A stretch of DNA of 22,670 nucleotides from Cyanobacteriota bacterium. Its GTDB lineage: Bacteria; Cyanobacteriota; Cyanobacteriia; Cyanobacteriales; Nostocaceae. Positions 1 to 9,298 of this stretch are shown here, in pieces; the first letter of the stretch is position 1; the number at the start of each line of letters is the position of its first letter. Position numbers and translations under genes: made by a program. Below the pieces are notes generated by a model. The model searched no databases. It was not told where the DNA came from and saw nothing but the letters and a program-made list of their open reading frames with translations. Location of the stretch: assembly GCA_046045965.1 (NCBI GenBank), contig JBJOKS010000047.1, forward strand, positions 1 to 22,670, given 5' to 3'.

Positions 1-656
1 CCTGATGCTGGGGCAATTACGGCTGAACCGGATGCACCAGCGTAGTCTAGGCCACGATGGTAGTAATCATTTGCAAATTTACCATTATAGTAGCGCCTTA
101 CACCATAGGTTGTTGTCAACCTGCCTTTATTTGGTCTGAGGAAAACACCATTCCAATATTTTTCGGGTGTTTGTAGGGCTTTAAACTCTTTAGCACGTTT
201 TAGTTCATATTCTGTGGCTCTCACTCCAGCTTTTCCTGGTGGTAGGGTGATGCGTTGGACGGGGAATTTGCGATCGCCTACATAAACTGCTAAATTTCTT
301 TGTTGCTGTCCATCTGCTGCTACGGTAACTCTTCTGACTCCAGGTTTTTCTAGTGGAGTGGTAGGAATAAAGGAACGGTACTTATTGGGGGCAATTTCAA
401 AGGCTGGATATGTTTGTTCTCCAACTGTTACAGTAGGATTACTTGGTATTTCTTGACTATCTGCTTCAATTAATACTGAAATTGTATCTCCCAATTGTGG
501 TTTGTTGGGTAGGATCTTTACTTCTAATGCCTCTGCTGGCAAACTGAAACCTATGGGAACAGCTGCAAATATTCCCATTAATATCTTAGTGACAGTGCTG
601 ACACCAATACGCTGTAACTTATCTTGAGGATTAATAATTTGAGCTTTGGTCGTCAT
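1..656 (-). CDS. M23 family metallopeptidase (peptidoglycan endopeptidase-like), 3' end runs off the window
   Basis: Not in the ORF track. Manual translation from ATG 656 gives MTTKAQIINPQ...SLPAEALEVK...TTYGVRRYYNGKFANDYYHRGLDYAGASGSAVIAPAS, with the M23 HxGxD motif (HRGLD) and a signal-peptide-like AEA site. The frame stays open to position 1. Confidence 0.9.
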   Translation of the reverse strand, partial: MTTKAQIINPQDKLQRIGVSTVTKILMGIFAAVPIGFSLPAEALEVKILPNKPQLGDTISVLIEADSQEIPSNPTVTVGEQTYPAFEIAPNKYRSFIPTTPLEKPGVRRVTVAADGQQQRNLAVYVGDRKFPVQRITLPPGKAGVRATEYELKRAKEFKALQTPEKYWNGVFLRPNKGRLTTTYGVRRYYNGKFANDYYHRGLDYAGASGSAVIAPAS

Positions 657-857
657 AGAGTTATGAAAAAATCGGTTGCTGCTGTTTTTCCCAAGACTAG
701 CTTATTGTCTTTGCTGTTTCCACTTTCAGACAAAAAAAATTGCCTTGTTAAATTTATAATTAAATCAATATATATATGAATAATCATGTTTAGACTCTAC
801 AATTTATATCTCAGCGGGTTGCGATAAGATAAAACTCATCAACTTTAATTAAATATT

Positions 858-888
858 AGGGCGGGCAGGGATGTCTACCCCACAAGAG
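858..888. repeat. Short dispersed REP-like GC-rich hairpin repeat
   Basis: AGGGCGGGCAGGGATGTCTACCCCACAAGAG is an imperfect GC-rich hairpin in AT-rich intergenic DNA, resembling Nostocales short dispersed repeats. Confidence 0.55.
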
Positions 889-930
889 TTAGACTTATTT
901 AAGTTATAAAGTTTAAATGCTGAACAGCTT

Positions 931-1076
931 ATACCAATTCTCTATAAAGATGCACCAAATTTTGGAAAGGAACGTTCGCGAAGCGTGGCGTTAGCCATAC
1001 CACAGAGACACAGAGAACACAGAGGAGGAAAATAGAAGATTAAAAAATTCGGCGCAGTCTCATACAGAAATGGTAT
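931..1076. mobile_element. MITE-like element with imperfect 26-bp terminal inverted repeats and nested repeats inside
   Basis: Left end ATACCAATTCTCTATAAAGATGCACC (931-956) matches the reverse complement of 1051-1076 (ATACCATTTCTGTATGAGACTGCGCC) at 19/26 positions. No coding capacity. Confidence 0.55.
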
Positions 1077-1105
1077 TAAAATTCTCTTGGTGCATGGGCT
1101 ATACA

Positions 1106-1147
1106 AATTACGAATTATGAATTATGAATTATGAATTATGAATTATG
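1106..1147 (+). repeat. STRR-type heptamer tandem repeat (AATTA[C/T]G)x6 overlapping the cbiET start
   Basis: AATTACG followed by 5x AATTATG. The ATG at 1138 lies in the fifth unit. Confidence 0.95.
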
Positions 1148-2352
1148 AAAAGTGGTTATCAATTATTGGCATAGGCGAAGATGGAATTGAGGGATTAAGT
1201 GCGATCGCTCTTTCTGTGCTTAACCAAGCTAAAATCATTATTGGTGGTGAACGTCATTTAGCAATGTTATCCCCAGAAGATAGAAGAGAAAAAATTACCT
1301 GGAAATCTCCTTTTAATAATTCTATTCAAGAAATTATTAACCGTCGTGGTGAGTCAATTTGCATTTTAGCTAGTGGCGATCCAATGTGTTATGGTGTCGG
1401 TGCAACTATTATTAAACATATTCCTATTGATGAAATTACTATTATTCCTGCATCTTCGGCTTTCAGTCTAGCTTGTTCTCGGTTAGGTTGGAATTTTACA
1501 GAAGTGGAAACTTTGAGTTTATGCGGTCGTCCTGCTTCCCTAGTGCAATCTTATATTTATCCCGGTGCAAAATTATTGATTTTAAGTGAGGGAAAAAAGA
1601 CACCGGAAAGTGTCGCCGAAATATTGACAAAACGCGGTTATGGTGATAGTAAAATGACCGTTTTAGAAAGACTGGGCGGTATTCATGAACGCATTTTAAC
1701 AGGTATTGCTGGTAGTTGGAATGAAACAGAAATTGCAGCGTTAAATACTATTGCAGTGGAATGTATTGCTGATGTAGGAATAGTGGGTTTATCGAGATTT
1801 CCCGGTTTACCTGATCATGCTTTTCATCATGATGGACAGTTAACAAAACGGGAAGTAAGGGCGGTGACATTATCAACTTTAGCACCTTTACCGGGGGAGT
1901 TACTTTGGGATATTGGTGCGGGTTGTGGTTCTATTTCCATAGAATGGATGCGGAGTAATATTAGATGTCGAGCGATCGCTATTGAACAAAATGCTAATAG
2001 ACTAAATTATATAGCTGATAATGCTGCTGCTTTAGGTACACCAAATTTACAAATTATCGCTGGTAAAGCACCAGAAGTTATCCAAGAATTACCCACACCG
2101 GACGCTATATTTATCGGTGGTGGTGTCACCGCATCAGGATTATTTGATCTATGTTGGAATGCTTTGCGTCCTGGGGGGAGAATAGTTGCTAATGTTGTGA
2201 CTTTGGAAGGGGAAAAAACGTTATATGAATGGTATGAAAAAGTGGGGGGAAATTTTACTAGAATTTCGATTCAACGAGCAGAACCAATTGGTAAATTTTT
2301 AGGTTGGAAAGGAATGTCTCAAGTCACACAGTGGGTAGCAATAAAATTATGA
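1138..2352 (+). CDS. cbiET: Bifunctional cobalt-precorrin-7 C5-methyltransferase / precorrin-6B C15-methyltransferase (CbiE/CbiT; CobL-like)
   Basis: The N-terminal CbiE domain has IIGIGEDG and LASGDPMCYG. The C-terminal CbiT domain has TKREVR, WDIGAGCGSISIE and DAIFIGGG. Confidence 0.95.
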   Translation: MNYEKWLSIIGIGEDGIEGLSAIALSVLNQAKIIIGGERHLAMLSPEDRREKITWKSPFNNSIQEIINRRGESICILASGDPMCYGVGATIIKHIPIDEITIIPASSAFSLACSRLGWNFTEVETLSLCGRPASLVQSYIYPGAKLLILSEGKKTPESVAEILTKRGYGDSKMTVLERLGGIHERILTGIAGSWNETEIAALNTIAVECIADVGIVGLSRFPGLPDHAFHHDGQLTKREVRAVTLSTLAPLPGELLWDIGAGCGSISIEWMRSNIRCRAIAIEQNANRLNYIADNAAALGTPNLQIIAGKAPEVIQELPTPDAIFIGGGVTASGLFDLCWNALRPGGRIVANVVTLEGEKTLYEWYEKVGGNFTRISIQRAEPIGKFLGWKGMSQVTQWVAIKL

Positions 2353-2381
2353 GAACGGCATATTTTCTGAGTTTTTTATGT

Positions 2382-2429
2382 GAGGTGGAGCCTCAAGGAT
2401 AGCATTCCTAGCCTCTGGCTAGGAACGAG
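2382..2429. repeat. REP-like double hairpin between convergent cbiET and lipoxygenase genes (possible terminator)
   Basis: Perfect stem TTCCTAGCC-TCT-GGCTAGGAA (2405-2425), preceded by GAGG...CCTC (2382-2394). Confidence 0.6.
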
Positions 2430-2462
2430 ATCAAGAGGATCTAAATATGGAAGTTACGTTTT

Positions 2463-4106
2463 TTAAATGCTGATGCTGTTGAGAACAAGTCTGGGTTGCA
2501 GATATTCGTAATTTACTAAGCGTGCTTTGTTGCTTAACTCAATTTTTCTCTGCACTACATTCAATTCTTGCTGGAATTTATTGATAACGTCGTCAGCATT
2601 TGGGTCTGCAAATTCCTCATCTTCATAATATCCCAATCTGTCATAACGATAGGCTGAAAGTGTGAATAGAGTTGACAATTGGGTACTTGTTGGCTTCGCC
2701 GGTGGTAAAAAATCTATCAGTTCCTTGCGGGTAGAAACGCCTTCATTTTTAATTGGTTGATAAGCAGCCAAAGGCATATTGGGAACAAAACCCATATATT
2801 CATATTGTGGAAAATTAACAGCAGAATGCAGGGGTCCACAAATGTAGATGATAGTAGTAACAATCTCCACTAATTGTTCTAAGGTATCAATGCGATCGCT
2901 CATACCCTTGACTCTACCACCATCTTGAGCAACTAATTCTCGCGCCCAAGCTTGCAGTTCCACATCTGCTTTCAAGTCTTCAGGAGTCTTGTAGTAAAGC
3001 TCCAAATAGTTAAACACAAACTTGTTAATCGCGTTCCACAACAACATCCCATCGTCTCGATAAGGATAGTGTGGCAAGTTTTCTACATCATCCACACCGC
3101 GATTTTTAAGTTCTTTTGGTAGCGCAAACTGATCCAAACTCCAATCTTGATAAGCATCAACAACAATTTGCAGAGACTCTTGCAGAGTTCCAGCCAATAA
3201 TTCATCAACAGGACCGCCCCTATTAACCAAACGCTGGCGACCCAAATCATTGTTAGCCAACATAAACCGGAAATGAGGTTTTAGCAGTATTCTCAAAGGA
3301 TGGTTCTCAGCTAGTTGACGGGGGGTGACAACAGCAAAGGGTTCCATGACAAAATGAGTCCGGCATAAATGGCTGTTCATTTCATGATGATTAGCATCAG
3401 CAATTTGAACGCAGCACTTAGCATAAGACCAGATAGAAGGGTCATCAAAAGGTGTGAGGATTGGGCTTTGTTTACCTTCTTTTGGATTAATTTGGATCGC
3501 CACAGGTACGAGTTGACCGCGATCTTTGAAGCCAGAACTGCGCCAACAAAAAAAGGCCAGAGGCGCTGGTAGGTACTTTTTCCCCTTGGCAAAAGTGCCA
3601 CCTTGAATGAATGCCAAAGGTCTATAATCAGCTACATAAAGATTTCCTGTTGCCAGTCTTTCAATCAAGTTGATAGAGTTGCCAAACTTAGCTTGCAATT
3701 CTTCGATGGTAAATGCAAAGTTAGCTGGCATTTCTTTAAGCTGACGTAAAACCAAAGGATTCACTCCACAAAGTCTTTGTTCTGCGAAAGAATCATCAGT
3801 TTCATAAGTTTTCATGACATTAGGTTTAGGCAAAACTGGAAAAAAGTCTTCATAGTCTTGCAATTCGTCTAAAGGGTCCCAAATAGCATGAGCTTTAACA
3901 GCCATCATATTTATACCAAGTTCTGCTGTCTCTAATGTCCGTTCAGCAATATACTTTGTAGAAAAATTCTCTGTAGGAGGTACACTTTTTAACATTGCCA
4001 TAGGAGGCAAGAAATTATACACAAATTCATATTCTTTGCGGCCTTTCTGTAGGGAAGCTTGGCGTTTTTCAGGGTTGGGGTCATTTTGAGGTAGAAATGG
4101 TTTCAT
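2463..4106 (-). CDS. lox: Lipoxygenase (cyanobacterial, catalytic domain only)
   Basis: Metal-ligand region HHEMNSHLCRTH, HSAVN motif, YPYRDDG, and a C-terminal ...NSISI ending in the Ile ligand. Confidence 0.95.
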   Translation of the reverse strand: MKPFLPQNDPNPEKRQASLQKGRKEYEFVYNFLPPMAMLKSVPPTENFSTKYIAERTLETAELGINMMAVKAHAIWDPLDELQDYEDFFPVLPKPNVMKTYETDDSFAEQRLCGVNPLVLRQLKEMPANFAFTIEELQAKFGNSINLIERLATGNLYVADYRPLAFIQGGTFAKGKKYLPAPLAFFCWRSSGFKDRGQLVPVAIQINPKEGKQSPILTPFDDPSIWSYAKCCVQIADANHHEMNSHLCRTHFVMEPFAVVTPRQLAENHPLRILLKPHFRFMLANNDLGRQRLVNRGGPVDELLAGTLQESLQIVVDAYQDWSLDQFALPKELKNRGVDDVENLPHYPYRDDGMLLWNAINKFVFNYLELYYKTPEDLKADVELQAWARELVAQDGGRVKGMSDRIDTLEQLVEIVTTIIYICGPLHSAVNFPQYEYMGFVPNMPLAAYQPIKNEGVSTRKELIDFLPPAKPTSTQLSTLFTLSAYRYDRLGYYEDEEFADPNADDVINKFQQELNVVQRKIELSNKARLVNYEYLQPRLVLNSISI

Positions 4107-4289
4107 AGGTTTTGATGCCTGTGATGTAATTTGCAGTCTATACAGCTTGCAGCAGCCTGTAGCAAATTATCTGCTGTTATGTTTGTTATACTGCGTATTT
4201 TAATAAATATTTAACAAAGAGCTTCAACTGCTTTACCTATCACCTGTGATCAGCTAATAAACTTTTAATTTGCATAATTATTTTTCGTT

Positions 4290-4390
4290 AGTCCACGGAG
4301 GTGGACTTAGTTTGTGTAGTAGCGATTTCTAATCGCCATAAACTTTTAAAACATCCTCTTTTAAAACAACTTAAGAAGATGTTTGAAAAT
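4290..4390. repeat. Cluster of short dispersed repeat hairpins and MITE-like ends
   Basis: AGTCCAC-GGAG-GTGGACT (4290-4307), GCGATT-TCT-AATCGC (4322-4336), and AAAACATCCTCTT...AAGAAGATGTTTG in inverted orientation. Confidence 0.55.
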
Positions 4391-4501
4391 TCATTTATGG
4401 AGATTGCATAATTTTGATAATATTATTTATAAGTTGTTGTATAATTTGATTATAAATATTTGATTTGAAAAAACTTAAACAACTCCTTTGAAAAAAATCC
4501 C

Positions 4502-5182
4502 ATGAATCAAACAGCTATTAATCTTATTGCTATTTCTGTCTTTCTGATGACTCTTTCTACTTTGTTGGGACCATTAATCAATCTTTCCCCAACTATTCCA
4601 GCTTTAACTATAGTGGGATTTCTCGGTATCGCTACTTTAGATAATTTCAGTTTTCAAGGAAAGGGAGGAACGATAGTTTTAGATTGGTTAGCGCGGTTTT
4701 CTCCAGAATATAAAGAACGGATTATACATCATGAAGCTGGTCATTTTTTAGTTGCACATTTATTAGGAATTAGCGTTACTGGTTATACTCTCAGCGCGTG
4801 GGAAGCTTGGAAAATTGGACAACCGGGACAAGGTGGGGTAATTTTAGAAGATGGGGAAATTGCTAAACAGTTGGAACGCGGGAAAATAGGCGTTTCAATG
4901 GTAGAAAGATATTGTAATATTTGGATGGCGGGAATTGCAGCGGAAATGTTAGTATTTAATTCTGCTGAGGGTGGTGGTGATGATAAAGCTAAGTTGAATC
5001 AATTTTTAACAGCTTTGGGTTTTGAGGAGAAAGTTTTTGAACAGAAACAAAGGTTTCATTTACTGCAAGCTAAAAATTTGATCCAGGAAAATTGGGAGAA
5101 TTATCAAAGTTTAGTGGAAGTAATGAGAAAAGGGGTAGATGTGGAAGAATGTAAAAGGGTAATTGGTGAAATAGTTGGATAA
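4502..5182 (+). CDS. Membrane-anchored Zn protease, peptidase M41/FtsH-protease-like without AAA domain (VIR3-like)
   Basis: Two N-terminal hydrophobic segments, RIIHHEAGHFLVAH (HExxH), MAGIAAE and GGGDD. Confidence 0.85.
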   Translation: MNQTAINLIAISVFLMTLSTLLGPLINLSPTIPALTIVGFLGIATLDNFSFQGKGGTIVLDWLARFSPEYKERIIHHEAGHFLVAHLLGISVTGYTLSAWEAWKIGQPGQGGVILEDGEIAKQLERGKIGVSMVERYCNIWMAGIAAEMLVFNSAEGGGDDKAKLNQFLTALGFEEKVFEQKQRFHLLQAKNLIQENWENYQSLVEVMRKGVDVEECKRVIGEIVG

Positions 5183-5190
5183 TAGAGTGA

Positions 5191-5259
5191 TAAGATCCCC
5201 GACTTCTTTTAATATCATGTCAATAAATTGTGAATTAATCGCAGAAGTCGGGGATCTTA
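5191..5259. repeat. REP-like inverted repeat (AGATCCCCGACTTCT family), long-loop copy
   Basis: Perfect 17-bp arms TAAGATCCCCGACTTCT (5191-5207) and AGAAGTCGGGGATCTTA (5243-5259) with a 35-nt loop, between convergent genes. Confidence 0.9.
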
Positions 5260-5280
5260 ACCCTGTTATACTTGCCTAAA

Positions 5281-5508
5281 TTAAGCTCCATTAATTAATT
5301 CTTCTAAAGATTTAGTTAAAGGTAAAGGTTTTCCATCTTCTTGATCTTCAGTAATTAACATTTCTATTACTTCCTGAGCATTTTTAACAGCTTCTTCATA
5401 AGTGTTACCATGAGTATGATATTTTTGAGTAGGAAATTCAGGTAAATGAACTAAATAACATTGATCTTCATTACTCCAGTGAATAATGATAGTATAGGGT
5501 AAATTCAT
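5281..5508 (-). CDS. hicB: HicB-family antitoxin (short form), no adjacent hicA
   Basis: YTIIIHWSNEDQCYLVHLPEF...THGNTYEEAVKNAQEVIE...GKPLP is the typical HicB pattern. A GAGGAG RBS lies upstream. Confidence 0.88.
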   Translation of the reverse strand: MNLPYTIIIHWSNEDQCYLVHLPEFPTQKYHTHGNTYEEAVKNAQEVIEMLITEDQEDGKPLPLTKSLEELINGA

Positions 5509-5540
5509 TCTTCTGACTCCTCTTATGGCAATGAGAAAAA

Positions 5541-6212
5541 TTAATCACCAGTCCTAATAGTCAAACAATCATCTTCCAAATCTGGCGGTATTTTTGCAGG
5601 AAATTCATCACTAGAATCTATAATGATGCTAAAATGTTGATCTTCATATTTACCCAACTTTTTAATTTCCCGCAGCCATTTACCAAGATTATCACCCATA
5701 AAATCAGGATTAGAAGTATCGAGAATTAACAGACTTACTCCACCCTGAGCCATTCTTCGGAGTCTTTTTTCAATTTGTTTAGCTGTAATTGATGATGGTT
5801 TAGTTAGGTATGGATTAGCAACAGAAAATCTTTCTGCAACTATACTATAGCGACCTTCTGTAACTGTATGTCCATTATCAATCGTACCAATAAAAATAAA
5901 AATTTCGTGATTATTGGGGCATGGTTCAGAATGAAATAGATTTAATACCTTAGTAGCAATGTTACTATCTATAAAATCTTCATGTATTGTTGATTCATCT
6001 ACCCATAATGTTACAATTCCTTCTCTGTGTGGAAAAATGAAAGTAGACTTATCTTGACTAAATTCACCTACATTTATTAAAAGAAATCCATTCCCAAATT
6101 CCTGTTTCATCTGATTTATGTGCTTAAATATCTTTATGATCCAACTGTTATCTTCAAGCAAAACAGAGCAGAATTCATATAATGCTTGTTGCAATAGTGA
6201 AGATTTATCCAT
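5541..6212 (-). CDS. Hypothetical protein; C-terminal third resembles a degenerate DnaB/RecA-like segment
   Basis: 223-aa AT-rich ORF with an extended -10 box upstream. The function is not recognised. Confidence 0.7.
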   Translation of the reverse strand: MDKSSLLQQALYEFCSVLLEDNSWIIKIFKHINQMKQEFGNGFLLINVGEFSQDKSTFIFPHREGIVTLWVDESTIHEDFIDSNIATKVLNLFHSEPCPNNHEIFIFIGTIDNGHTVTEGRYSIVAERFSVANPYLTKPSSITAKQIEKRLRRMAQGGVSLLILDTSNPDFMGDNLGKWLREIKKLGKYEDQHFSIIIDSSDEFPAKIPPDLEDDCLTIRTGD

Positions 6213-6250
6213 AACTTTTACACTGTACTCTAGGTAGATGACAGTAGTTC

Positions 6251-6259
6251 ATTATAACA
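6251..6259 (-). promoter_or_regulatory. Extended -10 promoter element (TGtTATAAT) for the 223-aa gene/hicB unit
   Basis: Consensus TGnTATAAT on the minus strand, about 40 nt upstream of ATG 6212. Confidence 0.55.
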
Positions 6260-6376
6260 AGACCTTCACTAATTTATAAAAAGTCCATAATAGATAATGA
6301 TCAGATTGTGTTCCAAAAACTGCTTTTTCACATATAGCAGTTTCTGGTTGACTTAACTCATCGTATGTAAAGAGAA

Positions 6377-6406
6377 TGTAGCGACGGTTCATGAAACGTC
6401 TCTACA
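6377..6406. repeat. REP-like palindrome (GTAGAGACG...CGTCTCTAC family)
   Basis: TGTAGCGACGGTTCATGAAACGTCTCTACA is an imperfect inverted repeat upstream of alaS. Confidence 0.7.
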
Positions 6407-6467
6407 ATTGTAGAATATAAGTCTTTGACCTGTTTTACCCTAGTTAAATTCGATTTCGTAAACACTC

Positions 6468-9257
6468 ATGTCATCAACTCCCCAGTATCTTAGCGGTAAC
6501 GATATTCGCGCTTTATTCCTCGACTTCTACACCCAACGGGGACACCAACCGCTCAAGAGTGCATCCCTCGTACCGGAAGATCCCACCGTACTGCTAACCA
6601 TTGCAGGGATGTTACCATTTAAACCCATATTTTTAGGACAGCGCACACCGGAATTTAAACGCGCTACGACTTCTCAAAAGTGTATCCGTACCAATGATAT
6701 CGAAAATGTGGGACGAACAAAACGCCATCATACATTTTTTGAGATGTTGGGTAATTTTAGCTTTGGTGATTATTTTAAAGAACAAGCGATCGCCTGGGGT
6801 TGGGAAATTTCCACACAAGTTTTTCGTTTACCTCCCGAACGTTTAGTAGTTAGCGTCTTTGAAGAAGACGACGAAGCATTTAACATTTGGAAAGATAAAA
6901 TTGGAGTTCCAGAAAAACGCATCAAACGCATGGGTGCAGATGATAACTTCTGGGTTTCTGGTCCCACCGGTCCCTGTGGTCCTTGTTCAGAAATTTATTA
7001 TGATTTTCACCCAGAATTAGGAGACGATAACATTGATTTAGAAGATGATACCCGATTTATCGAGTTTTATAACTTGGTATTTATGCAATATAATCGGGAC
7101 GCAGAAGGAAACTTAACACCCCTCCAAAATAAGAACATTGACACCGGAATGGGTTTAGAGAGAATGGCGCAAATTCTCCAAAAAGTTCCTAACAATTATG
7201 AAACAGATTTGATTTTCCCGATAATTGAAACTGCGGCGAAAATTGCCAAAATTGATTATCATCAAAGTGATGAAAAAACCAAAGTTTCATTAAAGGTAAT
7301 AGGTGATCATGTCCGTTCCGTTGTTCACATGATCGCCGATCAAATTCGTGCATCTAATGTTGGTAGAGGTTACATTTTACGGCGGTTAATTCGTCGCGTG
7401 GTGAGACATGGTAGATTAATTGGAATTTCTGGGGAATTTATTAACCAAGTTGCAGAAACAGCAATTTCTCTTTCTGAAAATGTTTATCCTAATTTGCGCC
7501 AAAGGGAAGCATCAATTAAAGCTGAGTTACAACGGGAAGAAGCGAATTTCTTGAAAACTCTGGATAGAGGAGAGAAGCTATTAGCTGATATCATTAAAGA
7601 GATAAAACGGAAAGAGCGTCAACCCGAAATAGGAAAATCAGCAGAAGATTCATTTATAAAAATTTCGGGAATAGATCCTTCTGTTTATGCTGACCGGATG
7701 GAAATGGAGAGAAAGCAGAATGAAAATAAATCTCCAGGAATATCAGGAAGGAAAGCTGAAGATGATTATCGTATCACTGGTTATCAAGCTTTTACTCTCT
7801 ATGATACCTACGGTTTCCCATTAGAACTAACTCAAGAAATTGCTGAAGAAAATCAACTAACTGTTGATGTTGATGGTTTCAATGCAGAAATGCAGAAACA
7901 GGTAGAACGTGCAAAAGCAGCACACGAAACCATTGATTTAACTGTACAAGGTTCTTTAGATAAACTTGCAGAACATATCCACTCTACCGAATTTTTAGGA
8001 TATACTCAATTAGCAACCACCGCCAAAATTGAAGTATTGTTAGTTAATGGTATTTCCCAAGAAGAAGCGGAAGCAGGAACAGAAATACAAATAGTCCTGG
8101 ATAAAACCCCATTTTATGCGGAATCAGGTGGACAAATTGGAGATAAAGGTTATATTTCCGGTGATGGAATTTTAATCAGAATTGAAGATGTGAAAAAAGA
8201 ATCTGATTTCTTTATTCACTTTGGAAAAATAGAACGTGGTACAATTAGAATCGGTGATCAAATTACCGCTCAAATTGATACCGCTTGTCGTCGTCGCGCT
8301 CAAGCTAATCATACAGCAACCCATTTATTACAAGCTGCATTAAAGAAAGTAGTTGATGAAAGCATTTCCCAAGCTGGTTCTTTAGTTTCTTTTGATAGCT
8401 TGCGGTTTGATTTTAACTGTCCTCGCGCTTTAACTGCGGATGAAGTTCAACAAGTGGAAGAATTAGTAAATAGTTGGATTTCTGAAGCACATTCAGCCAA
8501 AATTGAAGTATTACCTTTAGCAGAAGCAAAAGCTAGAGGTGCGGTGGCAATGTTTGGTGAAAAATACGGTGATGAAGTACGAGTAATTGATTTCCCTGGT
8601 GTTTCGATGGAGTTATGCGGGGGAACTCATGTTAATAATACTGCGGAAATTGGCGTTTTCAAAATCATTTCCGAAGCGGGAGTTTCTTCAGGAGTGAGAA
8701 GAATAGAAGCGGTTTCTGGTGCATCGGTTTTAGATTATTTGAATGTGCGAGATCAAGTAACAAAAGATTTGTGTTTCCGTTTTAAAATCAAACCGGAAGA
8801 AATACCCGACAGAATCACAACTTTACAAACCGAACTTCGCAACAGTGAAAAAACAATTCAAACCCTAAAATCACAACTTGCAATAGTTAAATCTGACAGT
8901 TTATTAACAACTGCGGAAACCGTAGGAGAACATAAAATTATTGTTTCTCAACTGGAAGATGTAGACGCAGAATCATTAAAAGATGCAGCAGAAAGATTAC
9001 TGCAAAAAATTGGTAATGGTGCTGTGGTTTTAGGTTCTATTCCCGAAGAGGGGAAAGTAAGTATCGTTGCTGCTTTTAGTTCTGAAGTGAATAAAAAAGG
9101 AATCCAAGCAGGTAAATTCGTAGGTGCTGTAGCTAAAATTTGTGGTGGTGGTGGTGGTGGAAAACCCAACCTCGCGCAAGCTGGGGGAAGGGATGCAAGT
9201 AAGTTACCGCAAGCTTTGGAAACTGCGAAAAATGATTTATTAGCAGGGTTGAAATAG
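6468..9257 (+). CDS. alaS: Alanine--tRNA ligase with internal ~49-aa insertion
   Basis: [46 protein letters not shown], editing motifs HTATH and ELCGGTH, and C-terminal GGGGGKP. Confidence 0.99.
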   Translation: MSSTPQYLSGNDIRALFLDFYTQRGHQPLKSASLVPEDPTVLLTIAGMLPFKPIFLGQRTPEFKRATTSQKCIRTNDIENVGRTKRHHTFFEMLGNFSFGDYFKEQAIAWGWEISTQVFRLPPERLVVSVFEEDDEAFNIWKDKIGVPEKRIKRMGADDNFWVSGPTGPCGPCSEIYYDFHPELGDDNIDLEDDTRFIEFYNLVFMQYNRDAEGNLTPLQNKNIDTGMGLERMAQILQKVPNNYETDLIFPIIETAAKIAKIDYHQSDEKTKVSLKVIGDHVRSVVHMIADQIRASNVGRGYILRRLIRRVVRHGRLIGISGEFINQVAETAISLSENVYPNLRQREASIKAELQREEANFLKTLDRGEKLLADIIKEIKRKERQPEIGKSAEDSFIKISGIDPSVYADRMEMERKQNENKSPGISGRKAEDDYRITGYQAFTLYDTYGFPLELTQEIAEENQLTVDVDGFNAEMQKQVERAKAAHETIDLTVQGSLDKLAEHIHSTEFLGYTQLATTAKIEVLLVNGISQEEAEAGTEIQIVLDKTPFYAESGGQIGDKGYISGDGILIRIEDVKKESDFFIHFGKIERGTIRIGDQITAQIDTACRRRAQANHTATHLLQAALKKVVDESISQAGSLVSFDSLRFDFNCPRALTADEVQQVEELVNSWISEAHSAKIEVLPLAEAKARGAVAMFGEKYGDEVRVIDFPGVSMELCGGTHVNNTAEIGVFKIISEAGVSSGVRRIEAVSGASVLDYLNVRDQVTKDLCFRFKIKPEEIPDRITTLQTELRNSEKTIQTLKSQLAIVKSDSLLTTAETVGEHKIIVSQLEDVDAESLKDAAERLLQKIGNGAVVLGSIPEEGKVSIVAAFSSEVNKKGIQAGKFVGAVAKICGGGGGGKPNLAQAGGRDASKLPQALETAKNDLLAGLK

Positions 9258-9262
9258 GATTT

Positions 9263-9296
9263 AGATCCCCGATTTTTTAACAGAAGTCGGGGATTT
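9263..9296. repeat. REP-like inverted repeat (AGATCCCCGACTTCT family), short-loop copy; likely alaS terminator
   Basis: AGATCCCCGATTTTTTAACAGAAGTCGGGGATTT begins just after the alaS stop and is followed by a T run. Confidence 0.85.
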
Positions 9297-9298
9297 TT

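Noticed and set aside
657..1137. Cobalamin riboswitch upstream of cbiET
   Set aside because: No B12-box or other conserved riboswitch motifs were recognisable. The structured parts are explained by dispersed repeats.
3369..3601. ORFs 3369-3572 (+) and 3377-3601 (-)
   Set aside because: Both are shadow or alternate-frame ORFs inside the lipoxygenase gene with no recognisable motifs.
7605..7781. Intein or CAAD domain in alaS
   Set aside because: The insert is too short, has no C/S...HN splice-junction motifs and has no hydrophobic helices.
9143..9160. (GGT)n run in alaS as a contingency repeat
   Set aside because: It encodes the conserved Gly-rich motif of the C-terminal DHHA1 domain.
6633..9169. 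Minus-strand ORFs 6633-6818, 6770-6967 and 8948-9169
   Set aside because: All are antisense to alaS. The poly-Pro and poly-Ser runs simply mirror alaS Gly and Glu/Asp codons.
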